The notes under the pieces are model-generated. The model was not told where the DNA came from. It saw only the letters and a program-made list of their open reading frames with translations, and did no database searches. A stretch of DNA of 64,000 nucleotides from Macrostomum lignano. Lineage: Eukaryota. Each line of letters opens with the position of its first letter. Position 1 is the stretch's first letter. Of the stretch, positions 53,136 to 64,000 are shown in pieces. The position numbers and the translations under genes were made by a program. The stretch spans positions 246,325-310,324 of the forward strand of contig NIVC01001342.1 in the NCBI GenBank assembly GCA_002269645.1, read 5' to 3'.

Positions 53136-55068
53136 CGCTGCTTCTTGAGCTTCTCAGAGTAAGCCGCTACCGCGGCCCCGTCGCCGCCGCCTGCGGGACC
53201 TCCGGCCTGCCGCTCGGCGCCGGTGGCGTACAGCACTTCGCCCGGCTTCCAGTTCACGAACCGGCGCTGCCGACGCTGCGCCGCCCGTCCGCCGGCCTGC
53301 GAGGAGTTCGTCACCGTGGCCGCGTCCGCGTCTTCGCCGTAATAGTCGGCGAAGTCCATCAGCGAGGAGGTGGTGACTGGCTGGATCAGCTCGCCGCCGT
53401 CCGGCCGGTAGTGCGGCAGCTGCTCGGAAGGCTGCAGCAGCAGGCGGTCCGACAGCTCGTCGGGCTGCGGCTCGGCCTGCTGCGCCAGCGCCTGCGGCTG
53501 CTGCACCGGCGGCTGCTGCTGCTGCTCAAAGTTCCTGGCGTACTGGCCGGTGGACCGCGGCTCCAGCTGGGCGTCGCGCAGCCGCACCTCCGAGTAGAAC
53601 TGGTTGTTGTAGTCATCCGAGCTGATCAGCGCCACCCGCTCGCCCTCGGGGTTCACCCGGTAGCCGTGGCGCTCCCGCTGGCGCCGCATGGTCTCGCCGT
53701 AGCCCGGCGGCTTGCCCGCCCGCTTGTCCAGGCTGTACTGGCTGTAGTGCTTCTTGGGCGCGGCCGGGCTGTCCAGCAGGTTCTCCAGCCGGGGCAGCAG
53801 GTGGCCGAGGTCGTCGCCGGTCACCAGCTTCGGCTTCGGGTCGTAGAGCGGCCGCTCCTTCTTGGAGATGGACGACACGTAGGTGGCCGCGGCAGGCGGG
53901 TCGGCCTCCGCCACCCGGGGCAGGCGGGTCGGCACCTTCCGGTTGGACTTCAGCACCAGGCGGCCCTCGCCGTCCATGCGCACCTTCACATCGGCGTCCT
54001 CGTGCCAGTCGTGCCGGTAGTTCTCCAGCGGGGCCAGGATCAGCGACCGGTTGGTGACGGAGGCCGGGGCCAGCTCGAAGCGCCTGGCGTAGCCCTCGGT
54101 CTTGTACAGGTCCTTGGCGCCCCTGCCCGTCTCGGCGCCGGCCTCGGCCTCCTCCGGCTGCTGCGCCGGCAGCTCCAGCGGCGGCACCGAAGCTGCTTCA
54201 TCCGTCGGCTTCTTGCCCGCCTTGTCCGCCGCCTTCTTCTTCTCTGGGGAGGCCTGTCGGGGCTTGTCGAACTCGTGCCTGGCGTACTCCCACTCGTCCG
54301 GCTCCCGCTGCGGCTGCTTTTGCTGCGGCGGAGTCTTCTTCTTCTGCTGCTGCTGCTTCGGCTGTTTTTGCTTCTGCTGAGCCATACCGCCGCCCGGCTT
54401 TGCCTCAGCAGCTCCGGCAGATTTTTTATTACCTGCCAATTTGGCTTCACCGGATGGCTTTTGTGCGGCCTGTGAATTGTTGCCAGGCTGCTGCCTCTGC
54501 TCCCGTTCCCTCTTCTCCTTCTCCCGCTGCTCCTTCTGCCTCTGCTGCTCCTGCTGCTTCTGCTGCTGCAAATTTTGTTGCTGTTGCCGCTGCTGCTCTC
54601 TCTGCTTCTGCTGCTGCTCCTGCTGCTTCTGCTGCTGCTCCTGCTGTTGTCGCTGCCGCTGCTCTCGCCTCTCCTTCTCTTCCTGCAGCTGCTGCTGGCG
54701 CCGCTTCCTGTCCGCCGCCGCCGCCTCGGCCGCTGGATCGGCCTGCTTTGGGTCCCGCTCGTTCGGCAGCCGGCGATGTCGCGTGGCCGCCGGCTTGGCC
54801 GCCGCTTCGGCTGCCGTCCGCTGCGCGAACTCTCGCTGCCGTTCGCGCAAGGCCGCCCGCTGGCCCGCCTCCTCGCTGTTGGCTCGCCGCTGCTGCCGCC
54901 GCTGCTGCCGCGGCCGTCCCCGTCTTGCCGCTGCGCCCGCTGCTCCACCTCCTCCGCGTATTCCCGCCTGGACTCGAAGCCGCCACCTCTGCCGAGGTCC
55001 CCGGAGCCGCGGCGCAGCCTCGGCCGGTTGCTGTCGTGCTCCAGCCAGGGCAGCCGCTCGTGGTACAC
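52952..55068 (-). CDS. Large terminal exon: Gln/Arg/Glu/Lys-rich charged, partly coiled-coil region; probably the C-terminus of the tau-like gene
   Basis: The GC3-rich frame VYHERLPWLEHDSNRP..EYAEEVEQRAQRQDGDG switches near 54915 to the long frame RQQRRQQRRANSEE..LHTTYELY* (stop at 52952). VYHERLPW fits the [IV][FY]x[ED]x[LV]x[FW] inter-repeat motif that opens or follows the junction of the upstream repeat exons. The acceptor is AAG (weak), so the link is inferred. Confidence 0.7.
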
Positions 55069-55637
55069 CTTCCAGGGGTTCGGGGTCGCGGAGTCGAAGT
55101 GTGGAAGATTTGAAGAAGAAGCTTGACGGATGGGGCATAAAGCACGCTCTCAAGGAGCCCTTTGAACCACAGCATGCAGTGCCGACCTCTCCCCAAACCC
55201 TAATTTTAATAGGCCGGGGTTTTTCAGTTCACACACAGCTGATTGCATCAAATTTCTACTTTTATGGGGGGCGCATTTTACATGTGATATGGAGATTTTT
55301 ATTCAGCAAAAACTGCCCAATCTGCCGTGTGTGAACTGAAAAGGTTACAGCATTCATATTGTGTGCATAGAGTGCGCGGGATTGACTTCTGTGCTCAGAG
55401 TTTGACTCATGCGGTTGCCCACATCCGGGGTCCTTAATCCTCCACTCAATCCAGTTGCTAGGAGGAGGACTCAGGCTTACCAGCAACGGAAGGCGGCAGT
55501 CGGGACAGCTGTCTGAGCACTGCTGATTGTGCAGCGGGGCAGGACGGATGCTCTATTCAGAAACTTTACAATTACATGACAATGGCAAACACCCCAGGGT
55601 CTCGCCTGCGACCTCCGTGAGTCAGACTTGAAACTGT

Positions 55638-56470
55638 GTGCCTGTGTGATTAAGCTGTATGTAGTGTGCCTGTGTGATTAAGCTGTATGTAGTGTGCCTG
55701 TGTGATTAAGCTGTATGTAGTGTGCCTGTGTGATTAAGCTGTATGTAGTGTGCCTGTGTGATTAAGCTGTCTGTAGTGTGCCTGTGTGATTAAGCTGTCT
55801 GTAGTGTGCCTGGGGGATTAAGCTGTCTGTAGTGTGCCTGTGTGATTAAGCTGTCTGTAGTGTGCCTGTGTGATTAAGCTGTATGTAGTGTGCCTGTGTG
55901 ATTAAGCTGTATGTAGTGTGCCTGTGTGATTAAGCTGTCTGTAGTGTGCCTGGGTGATTAAGCTGTATGTAGTGTGCCTGTGTGATTAAGCTGTATGTAG
56001 TGTGCCTGTGTGATTAAGCTGTCTGTAGTGTGCCTGTGTGATTAAGCTGTATGTAGTGTGCCTGTGTGATTAAGCTGTATGTAGTGTGCCTGTGTGATTA
56101 AGCTGTATGTAGTGTGCCTGTGTGATTAAGCTGTATGTAGTGTGCCTGTGTGATTAAGCTGTATGTAGTGTGCCTGGGTGATTAAGCTGTATGTAGTGTG
56201 CCTGTGTGATTAAGCTGTATGTAGTGTGCCTGTGTGATTAAGCTGTCTGTAGTGTGCCTGTGTGATTAAGCTGTATGTAGTGTGCCTGTGTGATTAAGCT
56301 GTATGTAGTGTGCCTGTGTGATTAAGCTGTATGTAGTGTGCCTGTGTGATTAAGCTGTCTGTAGTGTGCCTGTGTGATTAAGCTGTATGTAGTGTGCCTG
56401 TGTGATTAAGCTGTCTGTAGTGTGCCTGTGTGATTAAGCTGTCTGTAGTGTGTCTGCATGATTAAGCTGT
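55638..56470. repeat. 28-bp minisatellite
   Basis: gtgtgcctgtgtgattaagctgtatgta. Confidence 0.97.
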
Positions 56471-56563
56471 GGTGTGCCTGTTCCTCAAAACAAAACTCCT
56501 TCCCTCAGTTTCACTGCTCACTGCATCCCGGATGCATCCCTAGATCCCGGATCTCCAACTCAC

Positions 56564-59500
56564 TCGAATTCCAGGCCGCCTGGGCTCGTAGTCCTTGTTC
56601 TCCAGAGATCTGACCTTTGGCTGCGCCCTGTCCGTGAAGTCCAGCTGGTCGTTGAAAATCTGAGTTTTTTGGTAGGCATTTAGGAAGGAGAAAAATAAGA
56701 TTCTGAACTATTTCCAGGATACAAGTGAATGGAAACTGGTAAATCAATGTGTTATTTTAGTTAGCGGCACAGCAAAACGCGGGTGTTGTTCGAAACTTGG
56801 CTGGCTGGTGAGAGTGGCCAAAGAAACTCTCGAGTCACAGAAGCGCCAAAGACTGCATAGGGTGAAAAATATTGTCAGAATTATTGGCAAACAGGGAGAA
56901 GCAACTTGTGAGAAGGTGCAAAGCGTCAGGGCTGAGGGCTACCGAACCCAGGGCTGGCGCGGTCCGCACGCCTCACCCGCGTTTTGGACGGCCGGCTCTG
57001 GTAGTCGATGTTCTCCCTGGTGTTCAGGGCCGGCTTGTCCGTCCATCGAAGCCGCTCGCTGTACACAAACTGCCATCGAGCAGTCGAGAGGGAACAATGC
57101 GTTGGTAAAACACTGTCACGTAACTCAAGTTCTCATTACGACATTTATTCGGGTTATTTACGATTTTTCGCGGGTTTTCTACGAAACCAATGATTTCAAA
57201 AAAAGACAAGGTTTTCCGTCAAATAAGTTCCGAGTTTTCCGGGAAACAAATACGTTTAGGAAGAGATTTTTTTAAAGCCATTTGTTCACTCAGTTTTCTA
57301 GCAATTATTTAATTTAAATACACGAATGCTTTTCTTAAAATGACTTCAAAACAGCAGAAACTTTTCCGGGTTTTGCAAAAATAAGTTCACGAATAAGTTT
57401 GAAGGGCATTTTCCCAACGACCTCGAATACTAAATAATCTTAAGTTCGCAAAAACGCCAGGCCATTCGAAAGGCGTTGTTGCCCACCCTGTCAGCGAGCT
57501 GTCTGCACCCTCGATCGAGATTTTCTGTGTCCGGTAAAGTAATCACAAAAAAAATGTTTTCTTTCTCACTACGCTACAATTAAAAGGAATTGGCTACACG
57601 ATCTACTGCGAAACACAACAACTACATAAAAAAATATAACGCACAGGGAACTAATGAGCAAACGTATTAGTTTTTGCTACTTCTGGTTTTTATAATAATT
57701 TAAATTACAGTTATTTGGTTGGCCCAGTCACCGGGTTATTAATTTTCTATCAATTGTTGCTATGGTAACACTCTTTAAAAATAATTATGGTGATTATTAA
57801 CAACTAAAAACGGAACTCCTATTCATCGTGTTATTGTGTTTATCTATATCTACTGGATACAAATCAAATCAAGAGTTCTACTCCGCTATAAGTAGTATGC
57901 ATGGGGGTGTACTTTTTTGTCACCCCCGCCGGGCTTGTGGGTGGCGTTGTCCAAGGAGCCGATCTTGGAGTGCGCGTGCCACTGGACCGCTTCCTGGAAC
58001 ACCTGACAGCCGCCGCGAGAGTTTGTTGAATATCAGGGACTGAACAGCTCGTTCAAACTGAATGTTTTTGATTAGACTAAGCAGGAAATCAATCAAAGCC
58101 TGCTTTGATATAAAAATAAAACTTAAACATTAAAAAAAGCATTCCAATCTTCACCTTTTTGTCGCCTCCGCTGGGCCTGTACTCCGCATTCTCCAGCGAG
58201 CCAATCTTCGGCTTGGCCTCCTTCTGAAATTCAGCCGCTCGTTGAAGATGGGCTTGTTGCCGCCGCCTGCCAGGTTGAGTTTTGGAGGGTTGAAAATCTA
58301 GCTGGAATCGCAGTCGAATGTACATGCTAACTCTGCCTCTTCCGGGCCTCCAGGGTCTATCACGAGAAAGCAGTAAACAAGTGTACAGTAAATCTTGAAT
58401 TTCCTTCCCTTTTAAAAGTACATTCCAGCTCTGTCCTTTTCAGCCCTATCCCACCGACCCTACCGTTAGCTAGCAGTAAACAAGTGTACAGTAAATCTTG
58501 AATTTCCTTCCCTTTTAAACGTACATTCCAGCTCTGTCCTTTCCAGCCCTATCCCACCGACCCTACCGTTAGCTAGCAGTAAACAAGTGTACAGTAAATC
58601 TTGAATTTCCTTCCCTTTTAAACGTACATTTTAGCTCTGTCCTTTTCAGCCCTATCCCACCGACCCTACCGTCAGCTGGCAGTAAACAAGTGTACAGTAA
58701 ATCTTGAATTTCCTTCCCTTTTAAATGTACATTCCAGCTCTGTCCTTTTCAGCCCTATCCCACCGACCCTACCGTTAGCTAGCAGTAAACAAGTGTACAG
58801 TAAATCTTGAATTTCCTTCCCTTTTAAATGTACATTCCAGCTCTGTCCTTTTTCAGCCCTATCCCACCGACCCTACCGTTAGCTAGCAGTAAACAAGTGT
58901 ACAGTAAATCTTGAATTTCCTTCCCTTTTAAATGTACATTCCAGCTCTGTCCTTTCCAGCCCTATCCCACCGACCCAACCGTTAGCTAGCAGTAAACAAG
59001 TGTACAGTAAATCTTGAATTTCCTTCCCTTTTAAACGTACATTCCAGCTCTGTCCTTTTTCAGCCCTATCCCACCGACCCTACCGTTAGCTAGCAGTAAA
59101 CAAGTGTACAGTAAATCTTGAATTTCCTTCCCTTTTAAAAGTACATTCCAGCTCTGTCCTTTTCAGCCCTATCCCACCGACCCTACCGTTAGCTAGCAGT
59201 AAACAAGTGTACAGTAAATCTTGAATTTCCTTCCCTTTTAAAGTACATTCCAGCTCTGTCCTTTTCAGCCCTATCCCACCGACCCTACCGTTAGCTAGCA
59301 GTAAACAAGTGTACAGTAAATCTTGAATTTCCTTCCCTTTTATATGTACATTCCAGCTCTGTCCTTTTCAGCCCTATCCCACCGACCCTACCGTTAGCTA
59401 GCAGTAAACAAGTGTACAGTAAATCTTGAATTTCTTTCCCTTTTAAATGTACATTCCAGCTCTGTCCTTTTCAGCCCTATCCCACCGACAATACCGTTAG

Positions 59501-62500
59501 TAGCAGTAAACAAGTGTGCATTAAATATTGAATTTCCTTCCCTATCAAATGTACATGCCAACCCATTTCTAACCTTTAGCCAAGGACTACTCAAGTAGGA
59601 CGGGATCGGGAAACTACGTTTCTTAGAAAATGTTAAGGAGGCTGATTTTCGCCGAAAAATGCACCACGGAGATAGGAAGTTTTCACTTTTTCATTTTAAA
59701 ATTGTTATTGCCTTCGATAGGAGACAGAACCAATGCTCATCTTTTGATATGTTTTGCCTTTCTTATAGCTCTACTGATATTCGTGGAGCTTTTCGTTCAG
59801 AAAATTAGGATTCTATTCTATTCTATTAGGAATTTTATTCTCCGGCACGGCTCGGCGCATTGGTTTTATGAATCTATTCTGTCATTCTTAGCTGACTGTG
59901 TAACAATATGTGTAGCAATTATGATAAAATAGATTCATAAAACCAATGAGTCGAGCTGTGCCATGAATTTTATTATTTAGGTAGAGATGTCCGTAAAATA
60001 AAAATTGACATAGAATTCAAATTTTCTAAACGAACTACTCTTTTCCCACCAGCCATAACTCACCTGGTTGGTAGTCCTGGTTCTCCAGCGATTTAATCTT
60101 GCTCTCAGTCTGAAATTCCACTTTTTCGTGGAAAATCTTTCTCTGAAATGACAACAAAACGATGTTTAGCTTCGAATTTAACGATTTCTTTTCAAAAGCA
60201 TTTCAATTTATGCACCATGATAAATTTTTAGCTAGCTTACACTCCCTCCTCCAGGCTTGTAATCCTCATTGTAGGCATCCACCTTGGGCTGGATCTCCTC
60301 ACCTCGGGGGGTGACCCCTGCAAGGAAGGCAGATACGGTTCTTTGTTGGAAGTCCTGGTAAGACTTTAGAGCAGTCTCAAAGCTCCTATTAGGGTCATTT
60401 AGTTTATCATGACAATTGAACTGATATCAGATTTGATAAATATTCCAGCGTACACTCGTATACACTTAAAAAGTGACAAATTAGGCCGAAATGGCAACAT
60501 GAGAGTTGCCATTTTGAATTTGGGACTCTCACCAGGTCTGACAGCATGAGAGTCCCAAATACAGGGTCTGACAGCATGAGAGTCCCAAATACAGGGTCTG
60601 ACAGCATGAGAGTCTCAAATACCAGGGTCTGACAGCATGAGAGTCCTAAATTCCAGGTTCTGACAGCATGAGAGTCCCAAATACAGGGTCTGACAGCATG
60701 AGAGTCCCAAATACAGTCTCGACAAATACCAGGGTCTGACAGCATGAGAGTCCTAAATTCCAGGTCTGACAGCATGAGAGTCCTAAATTCCAGGGTCTGA
60801 CAGCATGAGAGTCCTAATTCCAGGGTCTGACAGCATGAGAGTCCTAAATTCCAGGGTCTGACAGCATGAGAGTCCTAAATTCCAGGGTCTGACAGCATGA
60901 GAGTCCCTAAATCCAGGGTCTGACAGCATGAGAGTCCAAATACAGGGTCTGACAGCATGAGAGTCCCAAATACAGGGTCTGACAGCATGAGAGTCCAAAT
61001 ACAGGGTCTGACAGCATGAGAGTCCTAAATTCCAGGGTCTGACAGCATGAGAGTCCTAAATTCCAGGGTCTGACAGCATGAGAGTCCTAAATTCCAGGGT
61101 CTGACAGCATGAGAGTCCTAAATTCCAGGGTCTGACAGCATGAGAGTCCTAAATTCCAGGGTCTGATAGCATGAGAGTACCAAATACAGGGTCTGACAGC
61201 ATGAGAGTCCTAAATTCCAGGGTCTGACAGCATGAGAGTCTCGAATGTCACAGTCTGACAGCATGAGAGTCCAAATACAGGGTCTGACAGCATGAGAGTA
61301 CCAAATACAGGGTCTGACAGCATGAGAGTCTCGAATGTCACAGTCTGACAGCATGAGAGTCCTAAATTCCAGGGTCTGACAGCATGAGAGTCTCGAATGT
61401 CACAGTCTGACAGCATGAGAGTCCCAAATACAGGGTCTGACAGCATGAGAGTACCAAATACAGGGTCTGACAGCATGAGAGTCTCGAATATCACAGTCTG
61501 ACAGCATGAGAGTCCTAAATTCCAGGGTCTGACAGCATGAGAGTCTCGAATGTCACAGTCTGACAGCATGAGAGTCTCGAATGTCACAGTCTGACCGCAT
61601 TAGAGTCTCGAATGTCACAGTCTGACAGCATGAGAGTCCCAAATACAGGGTCTGACAGCATGAGAGTCCAAATACAGGGTCTGACAGCATGAGAGTACCA
61701 AATACAGGGTCTGACAGCATGAGAGTCCCAAATTCCAGGTCTGACAGCATGAGAGTCTCGAATGTCACAGTCTGACAGCATGAGAGTCTCGAATGTCACA
61801 GTCTGACAGCATGAGAGTACCAAATACAGGGTCTGACAGCATGAGGGTCCTAAATTCCAGGGTCTGACAGCATGAGAGTCTCGAATGTCACAGTCTGACA
61901 GCATGAGAGTCCTAAATTCCAGGGTCTGACAGCATGAGAGTCTCGAATGTCACAGTCTGACAGCATGAGAGTCTCGAATGTCACAGTCTGACAGCATGAG
62001 AGTCTCGAATGTCACAGTCTGACAGCATGAGAGTCCAAATACAGGGTCTGACAGCATGAGAGTCCCAAATTCCAGGGTCTGACAGCATGAGAGTCCCGAA
62101 TGTCACAGTCTGACAGCATGAGAGTCCCAAATGCCATCTGACACAGCAGAGTCCCGAATGTCACAGTCTGACAGCATGAGAGTACCAAATACAGGTCTGA
62201 CAGCATGAGAGTCCCAAATTCCAGGGTCTGACAGCATGAGAGTCCCAAATTCCAGGGTCTGACAGCATGAGAGTCCCGAATGTCACAGTCTGACAGCATG
62301 AGAGTCCCAAATGCCAGGGTCTGACACAGCAGGGCAGTCCCGAATGTCACAGTCTATCAGCCTGAGAGTCCCAAATTCAAGGGTCTGACAGCATGAGAGT
62401 CCCAAATGCCAGGGTCTGACACAGCAGGGGAGTCCCAGATTCCCAGATCCCTGGGTCCCGCAGCGCCCCAGATCCCCAGATCCCAGAGTCCCGCAGCGCC

Positions 62501-62678
62501 CCAGATCCTCAGATCCCAGGGTCCCGCAGCGCCCCAGATCCTCAGATCCCAAGGTCCGCAGCGCCCCAGATCCCCAGCTCGGCCCCGAAGTCCCCAGAGC
62601 CGCCGCCGGTGCCTCACAGTCGGCAGGCAGGCCGATGCGCATTCGCTGCTGCCTCGGCGTGTCCTCCTCCTCGGCCAT
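56564..62678 (-). CDS. Tau/MAP2/MAP4-family microtubule-binding repeat protein, repeat-encoding exons
   Basis: Exons 62618-62678 (ATG MAEEEDT..), 60241-60317, 60064-60142, 58155-58266 (1 nt short), 57913-58002, 56977-57069, 56564-56659. They encode QPKVDAYNEDYKPGGG / ESKIKSLENQDYQPGGGNK / KPKIGSLENAEYRPSGGDKK / HSKIGSLDNATHKPGGGDKK / KPALNTRENIDYQSRPSK / QPKVRSLENKDYEPRRPG, matching the tau repeat SKIGSLDNxxHxPGGGxKK. Confidence 0.88.
58369..59520. repeat. 103-bp tandem repeat, ~11 copies
   Basis: agcagtaaacaagtgtacagtaaatcttgaatttcc..ccctaccgttagct; consecutive starts at 58369 and 58472. Confidence 0.97.
59580..59955. mobile_element. Second copy of the dispersed repeat, with an internal inverted duplication
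   Basis: See 8640-8917; cggcacggctcggcgcattggttttatgaatcta is the inverse of tagattcataaaaccaatgagtcgagctgtgcc. Confidence 0.7.
60535..62580. repeat. ~30-bp minisatellite with several variant types, followed by a short ~33-bp repeat
   Basis: gggtctgacagcatgagagtcccaaataca / ..ctcgaatgtcacagtctgac; cagatcccagggtcccgcagcgccc at 62440-62580. Confidence 0.95.
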
Positions 62679-63384
62679 GATCTCCGGGATCGTCCTTCCG
62701 AACTCGTCGAAGCTTCTGAACTCTCTCGCCTGAGCTGCTCCTCAGCTCTCAGCCTGCTCAGCGCTCGGAGCGCCGCTCGCCATATTTGAGCGAGTTTGTC
62801 CAGTCTCAGCTCAGTTCGAATCCGATTGGCCTACCCCCGAGTACACTTGTTCTCCTCTGCTCTCGCTGCTCTTTATCAGTTGCAATCTTTCATATTAAAT
62901 AACTCTGTGTTTCTCTTCTCTGCGTTTTGATGCTTGAAAAAACTGCGAGCAAAAGGAGCGTCTTGTTGCTTTTGATGCGCAGCAGTTCACCCCGAGGGGG
63001 GGGGGGCAGCCAGGCTGAGAGAGGAGAGTCGGGCAGGCTGGGGAGGTGGTGAGGGTCGGAGACTGTCGAAGATGGCGTTGGCAACGGCAACAGCCAGAGC
63101 TCATTGTGTGCTCCATCAGCTCAGCCCACAAAGCAGCGCTGCTCACACGGCATCTCGCTCCCTATCTCCCTCTCTCCCTCTCACTTTTCGCAGCTCAAGT
63201 GCCCTCCTTGCGTACACCTCGCTAGCCCGTTTGCTCGCTGACAGTCGCAGTGCACCGGCCTGCCCGTTGCATCAAATACAAAGAGAAGGAGACGCGTAGA
63301 GATATGAAAATTGCGCTCTGTTTGCACAGAACTGGCAAACTTAAGTGCTCAGTTTATCTAGCGGCACCTAATGGGACTAAAATA

Positions 63385-63613
63385 ATGTCGAATTTGTCTA
63401 CTAATAGCGAGTGTAACAGTAGTGAAAGCCGCGTTTTGGCATCGGATTTTGCAATCTGTCCTGTCCCAAAAATAGTGCAAAGCCCTGAAGCCCAGCACTA
63501 CTCAGGCAGAGCTGAGGCCAGTGAGAACAGCTGGCCGACCCCGCAGCCACCACCCTGCTCGTGGCAGGGGCTGCAACCGCCGGTCCCCGCGCTCCGCCCC
63601 CAGTTTTTGCAGG
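63385..63613 (+). CDS. Possible first coding exon of a plus-strand gene divergent from the tau-like gene
   Basis: ATG at 63385 in an open frame (MSNLSTNSECN..PQPPPCSWQGLQPPVPALRPQFLQ) with a possible CAGG|GCAAGT GC donor. No family motif recognised. Confidence 0.25.
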
Positions 63614-64000
63614 GCAAGTTCACTCATGCGAGCAAAGGGACTCCCAGCCAAGCTGTTGCTATGCTGTTTCTAAGCCAAATTTCTGCTCAGTTTACTCACT
63701 TGAAAGGTTGCGTCAGCCCTTGCTTTTTATTGCATCTGGGTAAATAAGTTTGGATCGAGGATCGGACCCGCGTGGGGGCCCGATGTCCTTATGCTGCAAC
63801 CTATTTTTTTCCAGGAACTGAAGTCTATTTTAGCTGTTTATTCCTTACCAGCCGAAGGTTATTGTGGTTTGGCATAAGGTCACGCAGACGGCCTCTGCGC
63901 GTTCCAAAGCACTTCGATTGGAATAACAAAAACTGCAGCCAAAAAGTGCAGCAGAGACTCTTGGACTGGCTTGTGTTAGCCGTGTGCAATTTCGGCTGTC

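Noticed and set aside
52973-55334. Plus-strand ORFs of 500, 297, 237 and 183 aa
   Set aside because: Antisense shadows of the GC-rich minus-strand exon; similar shadows occur over the Piezo and SERBP1 exons.
55481-55522. Small exon candidate (VLRQLSRLPPSVA) with a GTAAGC donor
   Set aside because: It needs a phase-1 entry but the upstream tau-like exon ends in phase 0; direct splicing to VYHERL fits the repeat pattern better. It could still be an alternative or 5' exon.
60064-60082. gtagtcctgg as the right TIR of the repeat starting at 59580 (ccaaggactac)
   Set aside because: It lies within a tau-like coding exon (AAC CAG GAC TAC), so the match is coincidental.

Overview
This is eukaryotic (animal) genomic DNA, not prokaryotic; there is no CRISPR array or rRNA. 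GC-rich exons with poly-Ala/poly-Gln tracts alternate with introns filled by near-perfect minisatellites and (TCTG)n, resembling the flatworm Macrostomum (an inference from composition only). I assembled five multi-exon genes by hand from GT-AG sites and reading-frame phase. (1) A Piezo channel on the minus strand starts at 26112, has at least 26 exons and runs off the left edge. (2) A SERBP1/Vig-type RGG mRNA-binding protein (minus strand, 3 exons). (3) An unassigned coiled-coil protein (minus strand, 2 exons). (4) A secreted signal peptide + PAN/apple + fibrinogen-C (FReD) protein (plus strand, 4 exons). (5) A tau/MAP2/MAP4-family gene (minus strand) with six microtubule-binding repeats on small exons at the N-terminus, apparently followed by a ~700-aa charged Gln-rich tail. 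Mobile DNA includes three hAT-type MITEs with visible 8-bp TSDs, a mariner derivative with ~390-bp TIRs, nested MITEs, and a tRNA(His)-like segment joined to the 3' end of a LINE. The most interesting observations are the N-terminal tau architecture, a ~34-copy AP-1 (TGACTCA)/poly(A)-signal array between SERBP1 and Piezo, tandem tRNA-like Pol III units inside a Piezo intron, and Piezo loop microexons. Four reading-frame breaks are each fixed by adding one nucleotide; these are most likely long-read deletion errors and remain unverified. Most long ORFs in the supplied track are repeat translations or antisense shadows.
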